From Lepidodermella squamata (Eukaryota; Animalia; Gastrotricha), in assembly GCA_047495785.1 (NCBI GenBank), contig JBLDXI010000025.1, positions 2,294,001-2,358,000 of the forward strand: 64,000 nt of DNA. The letters run 5' to 3'. Positions 49,050 through 61,807 of this stretch are shown here, piece after piece. The notes under the pieces are model-generated. The model was given only the letters and a program-made list of their open reading frames with translations, did not search any database and was not told the origin of the DNA. The translations under genes and the position numbers were made by a program. Within the stretch, counting starts at the first letter, position 1, and each line of letters starts with the position of its first letter.

Positions 49050-50524
49050 ATGCTACTGTCATATTATTTGTTATTTCCTGCCATTTACGGCTTATTCCAG
49101 TTAGCTGTGGCTCTTAGGCAAGGGCCTAATGTCAACTTTGGCTATGAAACTTATCCGGGTGATTATCCATATGTGGCACGGCTGGTGGTTAAATTGCCAG
49201 GGTCATATCGGTACAATAACTGTGGCGGTGTGCTGATTCATCAAAGCTGGGTGATCACAACCGCGCATTGCCTTGGATCAACGCGCGATAACCGATTCGC
49301 AACAGGGTGAGTATATAAATTTATTTAGACTACCTTTGAAATATTATTTATTTATTCTGAATTAATTTGAATTTTTTTGTTTGAATTTTATTTTAATTTT
49401 ATCTTGGAAAAGGACCATTTTTCAAGAAAACCATAACGCGGGGCAACAATAAAGGGCGGAGCCATATTTTCTAAGATTTAATTTCGGAAAATTTTGAATT
49501 CCTGAACAAGGCAGCAAATATGAATTTTTCCCTAATTTTTAGGTAATTAAAAGCATATTAGCGAATGAATATTTCAAGGTCATTTGCATAAAACCGCCCA
49601 AGTACTAATTAACCTAATTATTCTCAGATTTGTCAAATATTTGCCAAATATCCTTAGGCCTAATTATGAAGAAATTGATACCGGCCGTTTTATAAAGCCA
49701 AAAAATAAATTTATTCATTGCCTTATTTTCTACAAACCAAAACACAAAATTCTCACCTGTGTTGCTTAGACAAAAGAATCCAAAAGGTCACCCTGTCCAA
49801 GATGACCCTGCGTTACGGTTATAAACTATTTTTTTCTAGAGTTGCAATTTATTTTGCGGATCACGATGCAACAATTTATCCTGAGGAGGACGAATTCATG
49901 CAAACTTTTTACTTAGCTTCGAGATTTCGCAATGTCATCATTCATCCTCAGTATGACCCATCGACGCTCGACTTTAACTTCGCTCTCATCAAATTGCCGA
50001 GCCCTGTTCGAAATCTGACCCTGGCAATCCTGCCCAAACCGTGGACGTGTTCTCGAAATTATTATTTGACAAAATCCGGAATCATCGACAAATGCCAGCG
50101 GGTCAAGGCCCTCGGATGGGGCATAACCAGTTAGCAAAAGCTTTAATTTTAATTTTCAAAATTTTAAATTTCAATTTTAGGCAGTGGCGAATCTTTTGAT
50201 TCCGATGAATTGTTGCAGGAAGTTCCTCTGCGAGTTCACTCTTTTGTCGATTGTCTGACGCACCCTACTCGAATAAATCTTGGCGAATTTAATCCGTCGA
50301 AGATTTGCCTCGGCGGCGATTCTTCTTCTGGCCAGGACAGTTGTGATCGAGATTCTGGCGGGCCGATTATTTGCTCGAATCACCGCGGAAGTGAAGGTTA
50401 CCTGGTTGGGCTGATTTCTTACGGTGCTAATGGAGCCCATTGCGGTACGAGAACGTTTCCAAGTATTGGCGCCAGAATTTGTGCAGCAATGCATTGGATA
50501 AACGAAGTCATAACAAAATATTAA
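49050..50524 (+). CDS. Secreted trypsin-fold (S1A) serine-protease homolog, probably catalytically impaired
   Basis: Exons 49050-49306, 49840-50129, 50181-50524. Motifs CGGVLIHQSWVITTAHC, LDFNFALIKL, DSCDRDSGGP and W-I at the C-terminus. Confidence 0.88.
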
Positions 50525-50829
50525 ATGTAAAATGCATCAAAGTTTGATAATTTTTATTGCTGTGCCATCGAAAATGGGACAGAATCAAATAAAACGAATT
50601 TTTTTAAGGTAATTAAAATAGAATTGTAGCTCATTTGCGAGACACCATATCAGCTAACTTTGAGTTCTGCATGACATGAAAGTACCTGGCTGGATGGATA
50701 ACTGTATAACTGGCTGGATATATTTGGGTTAATTATTGGCTGTTCTCTCTTTTCTCCGTGATATTATTGATCTCAGTATGCGATGTGGACGTTGCGATAT
50801 GCAATGGACGTTCAACGAAATGAATGCGA

Positions 50830-51280
50830 GAGAAAAATCGGCGATATTCTCATAGAGAAATGGACCTTTTGTCGTTCGTTCCATACGTCCACTGTAAGTC
50901 GTAATAACGTAAAAGCTATCAAATTTCTGTGTAAATCCGTTGCGAAATGATGCGGAAGTAATTATTATCTTTCACTAAAAATAAAACTTTGACCCCTAAT
51001 AAGATTTCGGAGTAATTATAGGTAATTCCAGCGACAATGGACGTTTTAATCTTAGGTATATTCTTCATTTTCCTCATTTTTGATTAAATGTTCGCTGTGA
51101 TCATTCAGCAGTATAATCGGATAATGGACGTACGAGGAAAGAATCGGCGACATTGCAGAACAGATTCATGGCGAGGAATGGACCTTTTTTGTCAGTGTTC
51201 TATACGTCCACTGTATAGCCGTAAATCACGCACACACGTACAAGTTATTGGATTTCTGTATAAGACATCGGCGAAATAAG
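50830..51280. repeat. Degenerate direct duplication (~130-150 bp units), probable transposon relic
   Basis: AATCGGCGA..AATGGACCTTTT..ATACGTCCACTGTA..ATTTCTGT..GCGAAAT occurs near 50835 and again near 51142. TGGACGT is repeated. Confidence 0.55.
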
Positions 51281-52171
51281 TGACACAGAAATAATCAGGT
51301 TTCCCTATTGAGCGGATCTTCAAATTTAACCTGATTTTCTTTATTACCGTGAAGCGCGGTATAATTGCGGTTTGCGGAAGCTGGCTTTCTCGCATAATTT
51401 TCCCCGGTCTATTGGCATTTGTCTTCAATAAATTCAAGGCGATTACGGTAGTAATCGCTTTACAGAAGCAATTACAATCAGTGCGACCTCGTATCTCATG
51501 TTGAGAATCTCTAAAATCTTTGCAATTATAATGCAACCCATAGTCCCAATAGTAAAGCCCAATAGTAATCGGCTACCTATTAAACTACCCTATATTTAAA
51601 AAATCCTATAGGGTGATTACAACCCCAGGGTTTCTAAAAGGCATATATCCGCGCTGGGAAATGGTATAAATCCGGTGAAAATGAATAAAAAAGTGTCTCG
51701 TCTCGTCTCTCGTCGGGTTGGTTATGAGCTAGGACTTGTTTTATGAGACTGTCACCAAACCGCACTAAAATGTCATCAGAATCGATTTTGATGCACGATC
51801 CGTGACCAAGCAGAATGCACATACGGATTGATCTTACCCTGCTGATGAACTTTGCCTCTGATAGCGGATTCCTTATCCCTACTCGATATAACCGCTCAGA
51901 TGTGACATCAGGTAAGGTCACGTGACCTTCAACTTGACACCGGATTTTTCTCCGTTATAACCGTAGGTTATAAATCTAATGGGGCTTTCGAATTGTTTTC
52001 TTTTTATCGAAATAGCGCGTCCAGTTAGAGAAAGAAAAATAAAAGAAGTTCAAAAAAATATTCGAAGCTTTAATGGGAATACTATTACACAATACTAATC
52101 TGCATTCTGGTTCGGATTTCACAGTAATTTTTTGCAAAATTCGACTCAAATGGCGAATCTTGCGGCTTATA

Positions 52172-52350
52172 CAGGGTGGTAAAAAATTCCGCAGAAGGCG
52201 CATTCGATGCGCATAAATTTAATGAGGAGTTTTAAGAAGTTGAAGAATTTCAAGCATTCTTTTGCCAATGGGACTCCTCAATTTCTTGAAACTCCTCATT
52301 TAATTGATGCGCATCGAATTCGCCTTCTGCGGAATTTTATGGCCGCCATG
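52172..52350. mobile_element. 179-bp Tc1/mariner-type MITE
   Basis: TA|CAGGGTGG..AAAATTCCGCAGAAGGCG at the left end and CGCCTTCTGCGGAATTTT..CCGCCATG|TA at the right. Imperfect arms of about 70 bp; TA target duplication. Confidence 0.75.
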
Positions 52351-53420
52351 TACAGCATTTTACGCTGAATTTAGGGATGATTAATTTTAAATTATGCTGA
52401 TCAATAAAAAAATCTTTGAAAGGGGGTTTAGGTCCATTGAAAATTCCAAAATTTAGTTCTGCGAACAGGAAAACAGGTTCCGCTAAAATTAAGACCCTAC
52501 AATTTTTGTATCTTTTTCTGGCTCATCAATCTGTTTGAGTCACAGGTTTGCTTTATTTCTCTCCAAGATTCAATCGTTCACCTGGCGCCCTTCTACCAGT
52601 CAAATTAACAGTTTCAATTGTTGTTTCATATTTTATTTATTTATTTATTTATTTATCGAGCATAATCCCAATGTTGAGAGCTCTACGTGGAAAAAGGTGC
52701 ATGTAAAAAACAAATCGTGCAGAGAGGCGTTGTCAGATCAGGCAGTGTCGGGAAGTCAAAACAATAGTAAAATAGTTAAAATCAACAATTAAGTAGGTGG
52801 TTATATACAAGTTGGCGACAGTCATTGGCGGTATAGCAGGCTTTTACGCCGCATTCGCAGTTCGGCAGGGTACCATCGTACTCGAGTATTTCAATCGTTT
52901 TGTGTGTTTCTCAGCTGTTTTCCATGAATACCTTCACCCATTTTGCAATTTTTGAAACAACAAAAGAGAATTTTCTGGATAGCACGCCATACCTTTGCTC
53001 TTTTGGTTAAAAGATAGGTGGTCACCCTTAAGCCTTAAGCTGATAACCGGCTTATTTCAACAGGTCACTATCATCTTCGTAGCTATAGTGGGCGATGGCT
53101 AATGCTATCGTTAATTTAATCATGGAGTAATAATTGTTGAGTAATGATGACCTGAAGAAAACGGCTCTTATACTTATTCTACTGGCCAGCCACTGGTCAC
53201 CCACACTAAGATGATTGTAACGTGTGACTTGAATCTAATTATCCACGAATTTTACGCCTTTTCGCCGCCAGCATACGTATATCAGATGCAATTAAAAATT
53301 TGTTTTCATCTTTTTAACCAACAACACGTGCCTGCATTATATTATTGAAAAATTTAGCGTAGAGTAGAATTTTGATTGGCAATCTAATACAGCAACAATA
53401 ATTTACTTCCCGGCGATAAC

Positions 53421-55059
53421 ATGTTGATGAAAATTGTTCTTTTTTCATCGCTGGCGGTAAGTCATCTCTCATTTCGATGTCGCACTCGTTAATTGCGGCA
53501 TTTAGATCTCGGCTCTAGGTCAATCGAGTACGATCTGCTATTACACCCCCGATACTGGGTCATGCCGCCTTTTTCATACCATGTACTATTACGACATAAA
53601 AGAGCAGCGCTGCAAGCAATTTACTTGGGGGTGAGAATTTTCAAACGCGTCGCCCGCACTGTTGCTATATTTTTAGACGCTATCTGATACAGCGGTTGCG
53701 AAGGCAATGAAAACAGATTCATCACCGAGTCCGAGTGCGTTCGAACATGCCAGGGCCCGAAAAACGGCCCAACCATGGCGCCGGTTTATTACCCGCCAAA
53801 GATCAACAGCGGAACTACAGACCAACCGCCCAAGCAGCCACGTAAAAAAAATTAATTTTAAGGTGGCATTTTTTTATTATACCTATTTTTCATTTTTTAG
53901 CGTCTTATTGTTTGAGGCCGCCTCCAGATAGTGGCTGCTTGGTTTATCGGTGGAATCCTGTTATCAAATTTTATTATAACCACTTTTCGACCCGATGCTT
54001 ACCAATGGAGGTCTGCGCGAATGGCATGGCTGTTGTCAACATTCCCGGGGCTGACAACATTTTTTCGTCCGAACAAGAGTGCAGTACTCGCTGTGAAGTA
54101 CAAGCTACTTCAGTGACAAATTCGAACGGACAAGTTATCGCCGCACCAAGTATTAGAGTGAGTATTCAATTTCTCAATTTGAATTTTGCGTAAATTTGCC
54201 ATAAAAAATTCAATTTATTAGGGAATTTTTAATTTTTTAAAATTGAAATTAATGATATTTATATTTTATTTTTTTTTTTGGAATTTTTATGAAATTTTAA
54301 TTTTTTACATTTTTTTCGAATCAGAGAGACGTTCTTTTGCAATCGATGCTGGCAGGTCCACTGACAACAGATCCTCGCCCACCCAGACTAGACTGGGATA
54401 CCACTACAACGACAACCACTCGGCGACCAACCACGACGACACGCCGCTTTGAAATGCCGCCTCAAGATATTCAACAATGGATGGTACCCCAGCCGAGTAA
54501 GCGCTAAATTAAAAATTCAAAATCTTTAATTTTCAATTCAATGTCAAATTCAAATTAAATTTTCAATTTTTCAGTTTCAATTTCAATTTCACATTTCAGT
54601 TTTCAAAGTTCAAATTAAATTTGCATTTTTTTTAATTTCGGATTTAATTTGATTTTCAATTTTTCATTTTTCATTTTGAAATATTTTTATTGAAAATAAA
54701 AAAAAATAATGATTTTTTCGGAATTTTGAAAGACATTTCTGTTTGTAGGGGGTGCACTGAGTTTGTACCGGCAAGTTGCGATGCATTGTTACGGCGATGT
54801 GATCGAAAATTTCATGGTATCACCGGAAGAATGCGCTCAGCTGTGCGAGACCTCGCAATCGCTGTCATGCCGCGCGTTCACCATCATCGGCGACTATTGC
54901 TATTTGAAAAACACGTGCCTGAGCCAGCCTCGCAACGCCTACGACACGGGCACCAGCGACGGCCAGTACTACCTGGGCCAGTCGCCGCTAAATGTCAACA
55001 ACAACGCCGGCCAACAGTCTTGGGTGCGCTTGCGGACACCGGGCACATTCAAAAAATAG
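53421..55059 (+). CDS. Secreted Kunitz (P1 Arg) + variant-Kunitz + PAN protein (KP5), 6 exons
   Basis: Signal MLMKIVLFSSLA|ISALG; TGSCRLF..WG|GCEGNENRF; variant Kunitz CLRPPPDSGC; PAN YRQVAMHCYG..SWVR. Confidence 0.85.
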
Positions 55060-55865
55060 CCAATGGCTATTAAAAAATTATACCCTATAGCGATAAGCAA
55101 ACAACAATTAATTACAAAAACATCATAATCTCACTCGATTATAATTCGAGTTTAGCTACACCTGTATCGCTTGACAAGTGAAAAATGAATTCTCGGATAT
55201 CTGAAACACGTAATTTGGGAGGGTAAGGTTAGTAATCTCCTTTTAACAACGATTCGAATGATATATCACTCGAAATATTGGTAAAAATTTCGGAAAACCC
55301 CGTTTTTCACATGTCAACGGGTAGGTATATTTTATATTGCGTGGTAATTAATTTTCCTGTCCGCTCACTCGCGCAATTTTTCGGTGTTTTTTTTTCATGC
55401 GCTCACGCGCGCTCTTACGAGGTGTTTTAGAAGTGCGTTGGCATAATATGTTCCTCACTCTCTCATTCCTTATCATTATCTCCTCAGACAATTATAACCG
55501 TGATGTGGCGTAAACACCGCGTTGAATTTTTTTAAGAGGAAGAGAAAAAACCCGTTTTTATTACCCGTTATTGCAAATTTTATGTATATAGTAATATATA
55601 TAGTACTTGTAACATAACGAGATGGCAAGTTGCGAATAAAACATGGGCTAATACTCGAGCCGGGCATTACGACTTGTTTGTGTCGCTCATCATCAAGGCC
55701 TTCATCTAGTGCCGGTTTTTGTGGCCACCGATAAAACGCTCAGATTATAAATTAATTGCCGTTTTTTTATTATTAATCCGCCATCATCAGGACTGTTTCT
55801 ACTCGTTAACACTAAAAGTTAGCTACCACTTTTTATACAAACTTATCGATTGATTCTCGATAATT

Positions 55866-58705
55866 ATGTGGTGGCTATGGCTCTATGTGGCATGCGCTCA
55901 ACTGATCTCTACCGCTTCAGCTCAAGGTAAGTGAAAAAATGCAATAAAAATGACCTAATTTAATTTTAATTTAATTTTTAAAATTTCAAAATTTTTTATT
56001 AAGGTGGAATTTTTCTAACAATTATATTTTTTAGATCCTGGATGCAGGCAAATTCCGAAAAATGACTGCAATTTTTTCACAAATTTTTACGCTTCACTTA
56101 AATGGGTGTACGATTGGGGCAGCCAAAAATGCTGGCCCATTCGATATTGCGGCAGCGGCGATCTGAACAACAACGTTATGTTCCTCATGAAACTCGACTA
56201 TTTCGGCCTGAACGACCCTGTCAGCGAATCGGGAAGTAACAATCTATTCGATGATGAGAACACGTGTTTATCAGCGTGTAAACCCCCCGCCGCGGCGAAA
56301 ACTCAACCGAAACCCACTCCAGCGGCTGAACCATCCGCACCAGTCACCCTACCCGGGCCGCCAAAACCCGCCGAGGCGAAACCTGTTGAGCCAACCATTC
56401 TTGCGCCGGTTAAAGAAATGACGCAGACTGGCAATTTAGCATTTGGCCAAAAAGTACTGCCGACTACGACGGGGCAGCCCTATATGCCGTATGTCAACAT
56501 TCCGAATCACCCGTTCAACGCTTTGGCTCAAGTTGCGCCGTTGAAGCCCGAGCCTCAAAGCTTCACCGGCGAGCCGACTTTCCCATTTGTACCCGATATG
56601 GAACCATTTGCGGCCCCGCCGGCTGCAGACCCAATTCCGAAGATTGAACAGCCCCAACAGTTGCAGCAATTGAAAATGGTGTCGAATAATGTCCAAAAGC
56701 TTCAGGCTAACTTCAATGGTCCGCAACATTTCCCTTACGTGCCGAGTATGGAGTTCCTAGTATTTCCAACTCCAGCCCCGCCGGTTGTTACGAAACCAAC
56801 GACTGTGTCGACGACTACTACTACGACTACAACGGTATTACCTGAGAAGATCGCGAATTCTTCTGCGAAAGTTGGGCAAGACCTCCCGCCGGCTGGGGAA
56901 ACTTTCCAACAGCATCAAATGCAGCCTTTGAAGGGACAACCCATTGTTGACCCTGTTTGGGATCGAATTCGATGTAAGCATTTTTCGTATATATATTCTT
57001 AATTATACAATTCTACCCTATCAATATTTGCTCATATAGCAATGAAAAACCAGGATAATTTTTCTAGATTTTTTTCGTGCAGAGCTCGAAAGATTAAGGG
57101 TTTTTTCTTTCGGTGTAGAAACCCGCTTAAAGACGCGTTGGTGGGTTTTTTGAAATAAGAAAACAAAGGGCTTATCATAGTCTCGTTTGCCAGGTTGCTA
57201 GATCTTCATTTAGATACCGAAAGAATTGTTCATCGTCATTTAAAACGACGTATTCGCGAAAAAAACATGAAACCTTAGGCAAAAAAGAAGGGGAAAATAA
57301 ACTGAAAACGATAATATTGAAGTTTCAGACTATCAGACACCAATCTTGACTTGGGGCGATCGAGGCAATGTCCCTCTTTAAATAATATCACTAATATCGA
57401 CAAATTAGAAAACCGGTAGTAAATCTACCTCTAATGACAATTTTCGAAGAATATTATCTTGTTAACGCTTTAATTTCGGGTCAGACGAATTTTGTTCGGT
57501 TCTCCGATTGATCCATGAAGATATTTCGATACGCCGGACCCAATATGAAAGCGTTAAACTTGAAGTTTTCTTATAGACTTTGACCGTGTCGAATGTGGTT
57601 CCGTCACTTGGAAAATTAATTCTCCGCATTTTATTTGCTAAGAGTTTCAAATCTCATCATTTCTTGATATTTCATTCCTTGTTCACATGGGATTAAAAAG
57701 TAGATACGTTCCCTCCTGGCATTTCGAATTATAATCTTTTATTTTATTTGTTTCTCCGAATTTTCGTTTTCTCCGACTGCAAAACCGAAGGTCGCATAAG
57801 TACTTTCAAAGTTGGACATTTCACCAAGAAATATAGAAACAGCCAATTTATATGTCTCATTGGTCCTTTATTTCCAACCTAAGCATTATCATCTTCAACG
57901 AAAATACAGCTAATTTCAGGGAGTTTGGTTTAATTCAATTTTGTTATTGTCCATCTTGCATCGGCTACAATATTGTCCTTCTTATTCATTATAAATCCAT
58001 TTGACTTCGTAGTCAACAAGCATCATGAGCCAATTATCCCTGTTGTTGGGAAATATGAAGCTGAATGTGTACATCCACAGTTGTTACACGGCTTGTACAA
58101 GAGGGTAACCAACTGTGTTACACCGGTGCTCGGCCAATTATGAATTAATTGCGACCGTCCAAATTGCGCAAATTAAGTGCTCTGACGTAGCTTCTTTACA
58201 AAAAAGCCGCCGGAATAATAGCTTAATTACTCTATTATCACGCCGGTCAGTGGTTAGGATGACCTCGGAACTCAAAAAGTGGTTCATGCGTAAACAAGCA
58301 CTGGAAGTCAAAGAAAAATAAACAAAACAAAAATTGATCGAATTTTGTTCTGTCCTAGATGGAGATTTTGAAGCTGTCCACCGCAATATGAAGCGAATCG
58401 GCATTTTGCTGAAATTCCGCCGCATGGATGCCCACGAGCGGTGCATGGGTGACATCATTGAAACGTTCGCGCTCGACACGGCTCAACAGTGCGCGGAAAT
58501 GTGCGACCAATTCGAGGCGTACGACTACTGCGGAGCGTTTACGATCCGCGCGAACAGCGGCCTATGCGACCTGAAGCGCGACTGCCATTCCGGTAGCAAT
58601 TGGATAGACGCGGAAGAGGTGTACGCGAAGGGACGATCAATTCTACTTCCTGCGCCTGGCGAGGAATCCTACGTCCGACTACCTAGTACTGGAAAGTTGA
58701 TGTAA
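55866..58705 (+). CDS. Secreted variant-Kunitz + Pro-rich linker + PAN protein (KP6; no canonical Kunitz)
   Basis: Exons 55866-55926, 56035-56973, 58359-58705, with both joins phase 1 and in frame. Confidence 0.82.
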
Positions 58706-59355
58706 TCAAGAGCCGGCGGAATTTCTCTGGAAACAATTGGATTTGAACAACAACCAACAGAGTCCGGTTCCTTGTATGCCTCAGAGTTATAGCTGAGGCT
58801 CTTGATTTTCTTCGTAGTCTGTAGCGATGAATTCTGTTTTGTGAAACAGCCGAATTTATATGTTATTAACGTTTATTGATCTACCTCAATAAAATTGGCA
58901 ATTATTTTTTGTGTCAAAAATTGTGGTGTTTTTTATTTATCTCAACACTTGGCTTTTTGAAGGCTATTAGATACAAAAGGCGGCCAATTTGTTATAACGC
59001 ATAGATAGTTAATGAGTTAGCCATCGTCTAGCATTGTTACGCGCCAGCCAGTTGATGTTATCGCCATATGGCCGGGAAACAAAATTAAATTAAAAAACAC
59101 AACGAATTTTAACACGTGGCTATGACGCAGCCTGATGCTTAAGGCCACGATATACTGATGTCAAGTATTTGACGCCCTCTCACGCTCGTGCGGCATGTAC
59201 TTCATAATGATGATTACTGCGTCTCGACCGGCGCGGCGAAGTGAGTAATCGTCGACTAGGTGCAAATAGCAAAAAAAACCAGCGGCGACGACAGAATATT
59301 CAACAAACGAGCGCAGCACAGTTCTGGTCGGTCATTACTTCTATAACGAATCTTA

Positions 59356-61005
59356 ATGATGACAGCAGCAAATTGCAACGTGATGTCGAGCATCATTCCC
59401 AGCTTTTTCGCCCTATTGACGCTTCACCAATTGGTGGGCGCGCAAAACTATCCGGCAGGTCATGACTGCTACAAAGCCCCGCCTATCGACGGGTGCCTCA
59501 ATGCCCCTTACTTCCTAGGCGCCAATATCGGCGTCAAGCGGTACTACTACGACGCGTTTCGGGAGAAATGTTCCATTGTTAACTATTGCAACACTGGATA
59601 TCGGCCAAATGTTGCCGTTAATCTCTTCGATACCGAGCGCGATTGTGTGAGGATATGTATGAAAATGGCAACTGGAACATCGACAACCCTCACACCTATC
59701 GCGAATCAAAGAGCGACTACACAAGCTCCAAGAGTTGTAGAACGCGTCGCGTTCTGGCCCAGTGAGTTTGCTAAATTTTCTAGCTATTACCGCTACTGCT
59801 ACTGCTACTAATTACGTTAACGTTCTTTCAATGAATGAAAACGAAACTTTCGACGACCGCAAACTCATTGCTTACGTTGATCCAGCTTCGCCCGTCTTGA
59901 AAATGTGTCTCATTGAAGTCTCATTGACGAATCCTTTTGTTCGACGTAAGCTGGAACGATTTCAAGAGCTCTCAAGTTATTTGGAGCTCTCAAGGGCCCT
60001 TTATTATATTAAAATGTTAGGATTCTTCATCTTGCCGTGGCTTTGTTCATCCTCTTATCTCCATTCCTCCATCTTTCTTTCATTCTTTCATCACATCTTA
60101 AGAACCGCTTTGCTTATTATTCTATTGCTCACAGATCTTGAAATCCCTATTGAGAATGCCGTGCCAAATAGGAATTTGAAAGACTCGACTGTCAAAGCAA
60201 GAATAAGAAGAAGAGGCTAAGCAGAAGTTATTCTACATAAGCAATTCCTATTATTGTCCCATTATTGTCATCATTAGGAGTCATATATTGGTTGAAAATG
60301 AAAACGTTCCGTTTCGTGAGCTTTTTCATTTTCGCGTCGCAATGAACATTCGTGTTTTCTCTCCAGAACTGGAGATGAAGAAGTTCACGAAAAAGATTGG
60401 GCATATGACTCCTAATGATGACAATAAGGAAATCAGAAATTGGGTGTGTAGAAACTTACGCCAGACCCTGTAAGGACGCTTTCCTCGTGATAGGCTTCTG
60501 TCTGAACACTCGCTAGTCACAAAATGAAAGATGAATGCTGAACATGCGTATCGCAAGCTTTTAGCTCTTTTAAAATGACATTCTGCGGGATATTTATTTA
60601 TTTCGCTTGAAATGTAACCGAATTTGTTCTCTTTTAGGGGCCAGTTCGAGAACCGCGTATCCCGAATGGTGGCCCCAGTCCCAAACACAGCCATCCACCA
60701 CCCCATCCACCCTTTCAAGGCTCTACCGCCGGGTGGCCCACGAATGTAACGGCGAAGTCATCGACGTACTCAACATTCGCGACCCAGAAGAATGCGCTTC
60801 TTTCTGCGAACGGTACCAGGAAGAAAGCTGTGACGCATTTACTCTAACCTTCAACAGCCAGTGCTTATTGAAAAGCGGCTGCGCACCCGGGCCCAGCACT
60901 TACGCTCAAGGCACCCTCGACGGCTACATCATCGTATCACCGAATAACAGTCCAGACACCTATCAAGTGACATATGGAGGCCCATCTTGGCAGCGGGTGA
61001 TGTGA
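59356..61005 (+). CDS. Secreted variant-Kunitz + PAN protein (KP7; no canonical Kunitz)
   Basis: Exons 59356-59761 and 60638-61005. CYKAPPIDGC..YYYD..C-x5-C..NLFDTERDC; PAN YRRVAHECNG. Confidence 0.83.
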
Positions 61006-61807
61006 AATTGAAATTATTGTAACATTTCTCATCATTAATTCGTTGGCTTGAATATTCTCGTCTCTTGTAACAAAATGTTTTTATACACAGCAACGAGCAA
61101 TTAAAGTTGCTGCGGGCTGTTGGTCCGCAGCGCTAAAAACGCCGGTTTCAATGTTAAACTCTTTTCTGCTTTTTTCTATGCTGTTTTTTATTATGAATAG
61201 GAATTAATTGCAGAAATGCGCTTATTCTGAGCGTCACGCGGGGGTCGTCTAGTTCATTCGCTTCCGTGCGTTCTCGCTTTATCGGTTTATGCCGACACGG
61301 ATTTGTTTAGGCAGTGTAATAAGATTGCGAATAAACTGTTTGTTGTAAAAAAAAATAATAAACGTGAGAGGGAGAAAAACTGACAACAATTTGAAGGTAT
61401 GTATTCACTTGTCAACTGCCTGGCCGGTGGCAAATCGTCCACTCAAACTTTACGCTGCTATTAATCAAGGAAAACCGGCCAGCTGGCACCCGCTCGCCTA
61501 TATGATATACGTAGCACGCGCGAGATTGCGTTTAGTTTATGTAGACAAGTGACCATCATCATCGCTCATTGACACATCACACTTGTTGTTTTTTTTTTTG
61601 CAGCCTAGCATCTAGCAAAAAATGCCGCCCTCGTAAAATCTGTTGGCGTCAATTGGTTAACAAGGTGTTTAGCTCAAGAAGTGCCTATTGATACGCCGGT
61701 CACTAATAAATTATCTCACCTACAACAGAAAAAAAACAACACGTGCGAGAAAAAAGAGACTGACCTGCTATCGCAATTTAGTTTTTTTAGAGATTGCACT
61801 CACATAT

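Noticed and set aside
52630-52890. (TTTA)n tract with adjacent sequence, resembling a reversed LINE 3' tail
   Set aside because: There is no recognisable reverse-transcriptase or endonuclease motif and no TSD, so it cannot be supported without a repeat library.
56175-56224. GT...AG 50-mer that could remove the long loop in the KP6 variant Kunitz
   Set aside because: Splicing it gives an almost immediate stop, so the loop is treated as coding.
59762-60637. 152-aa and 130-aa ORFs
   Set aside because: They lie in or across the KP7 intron, have non-ATG or unsupported starts, and show no domain.
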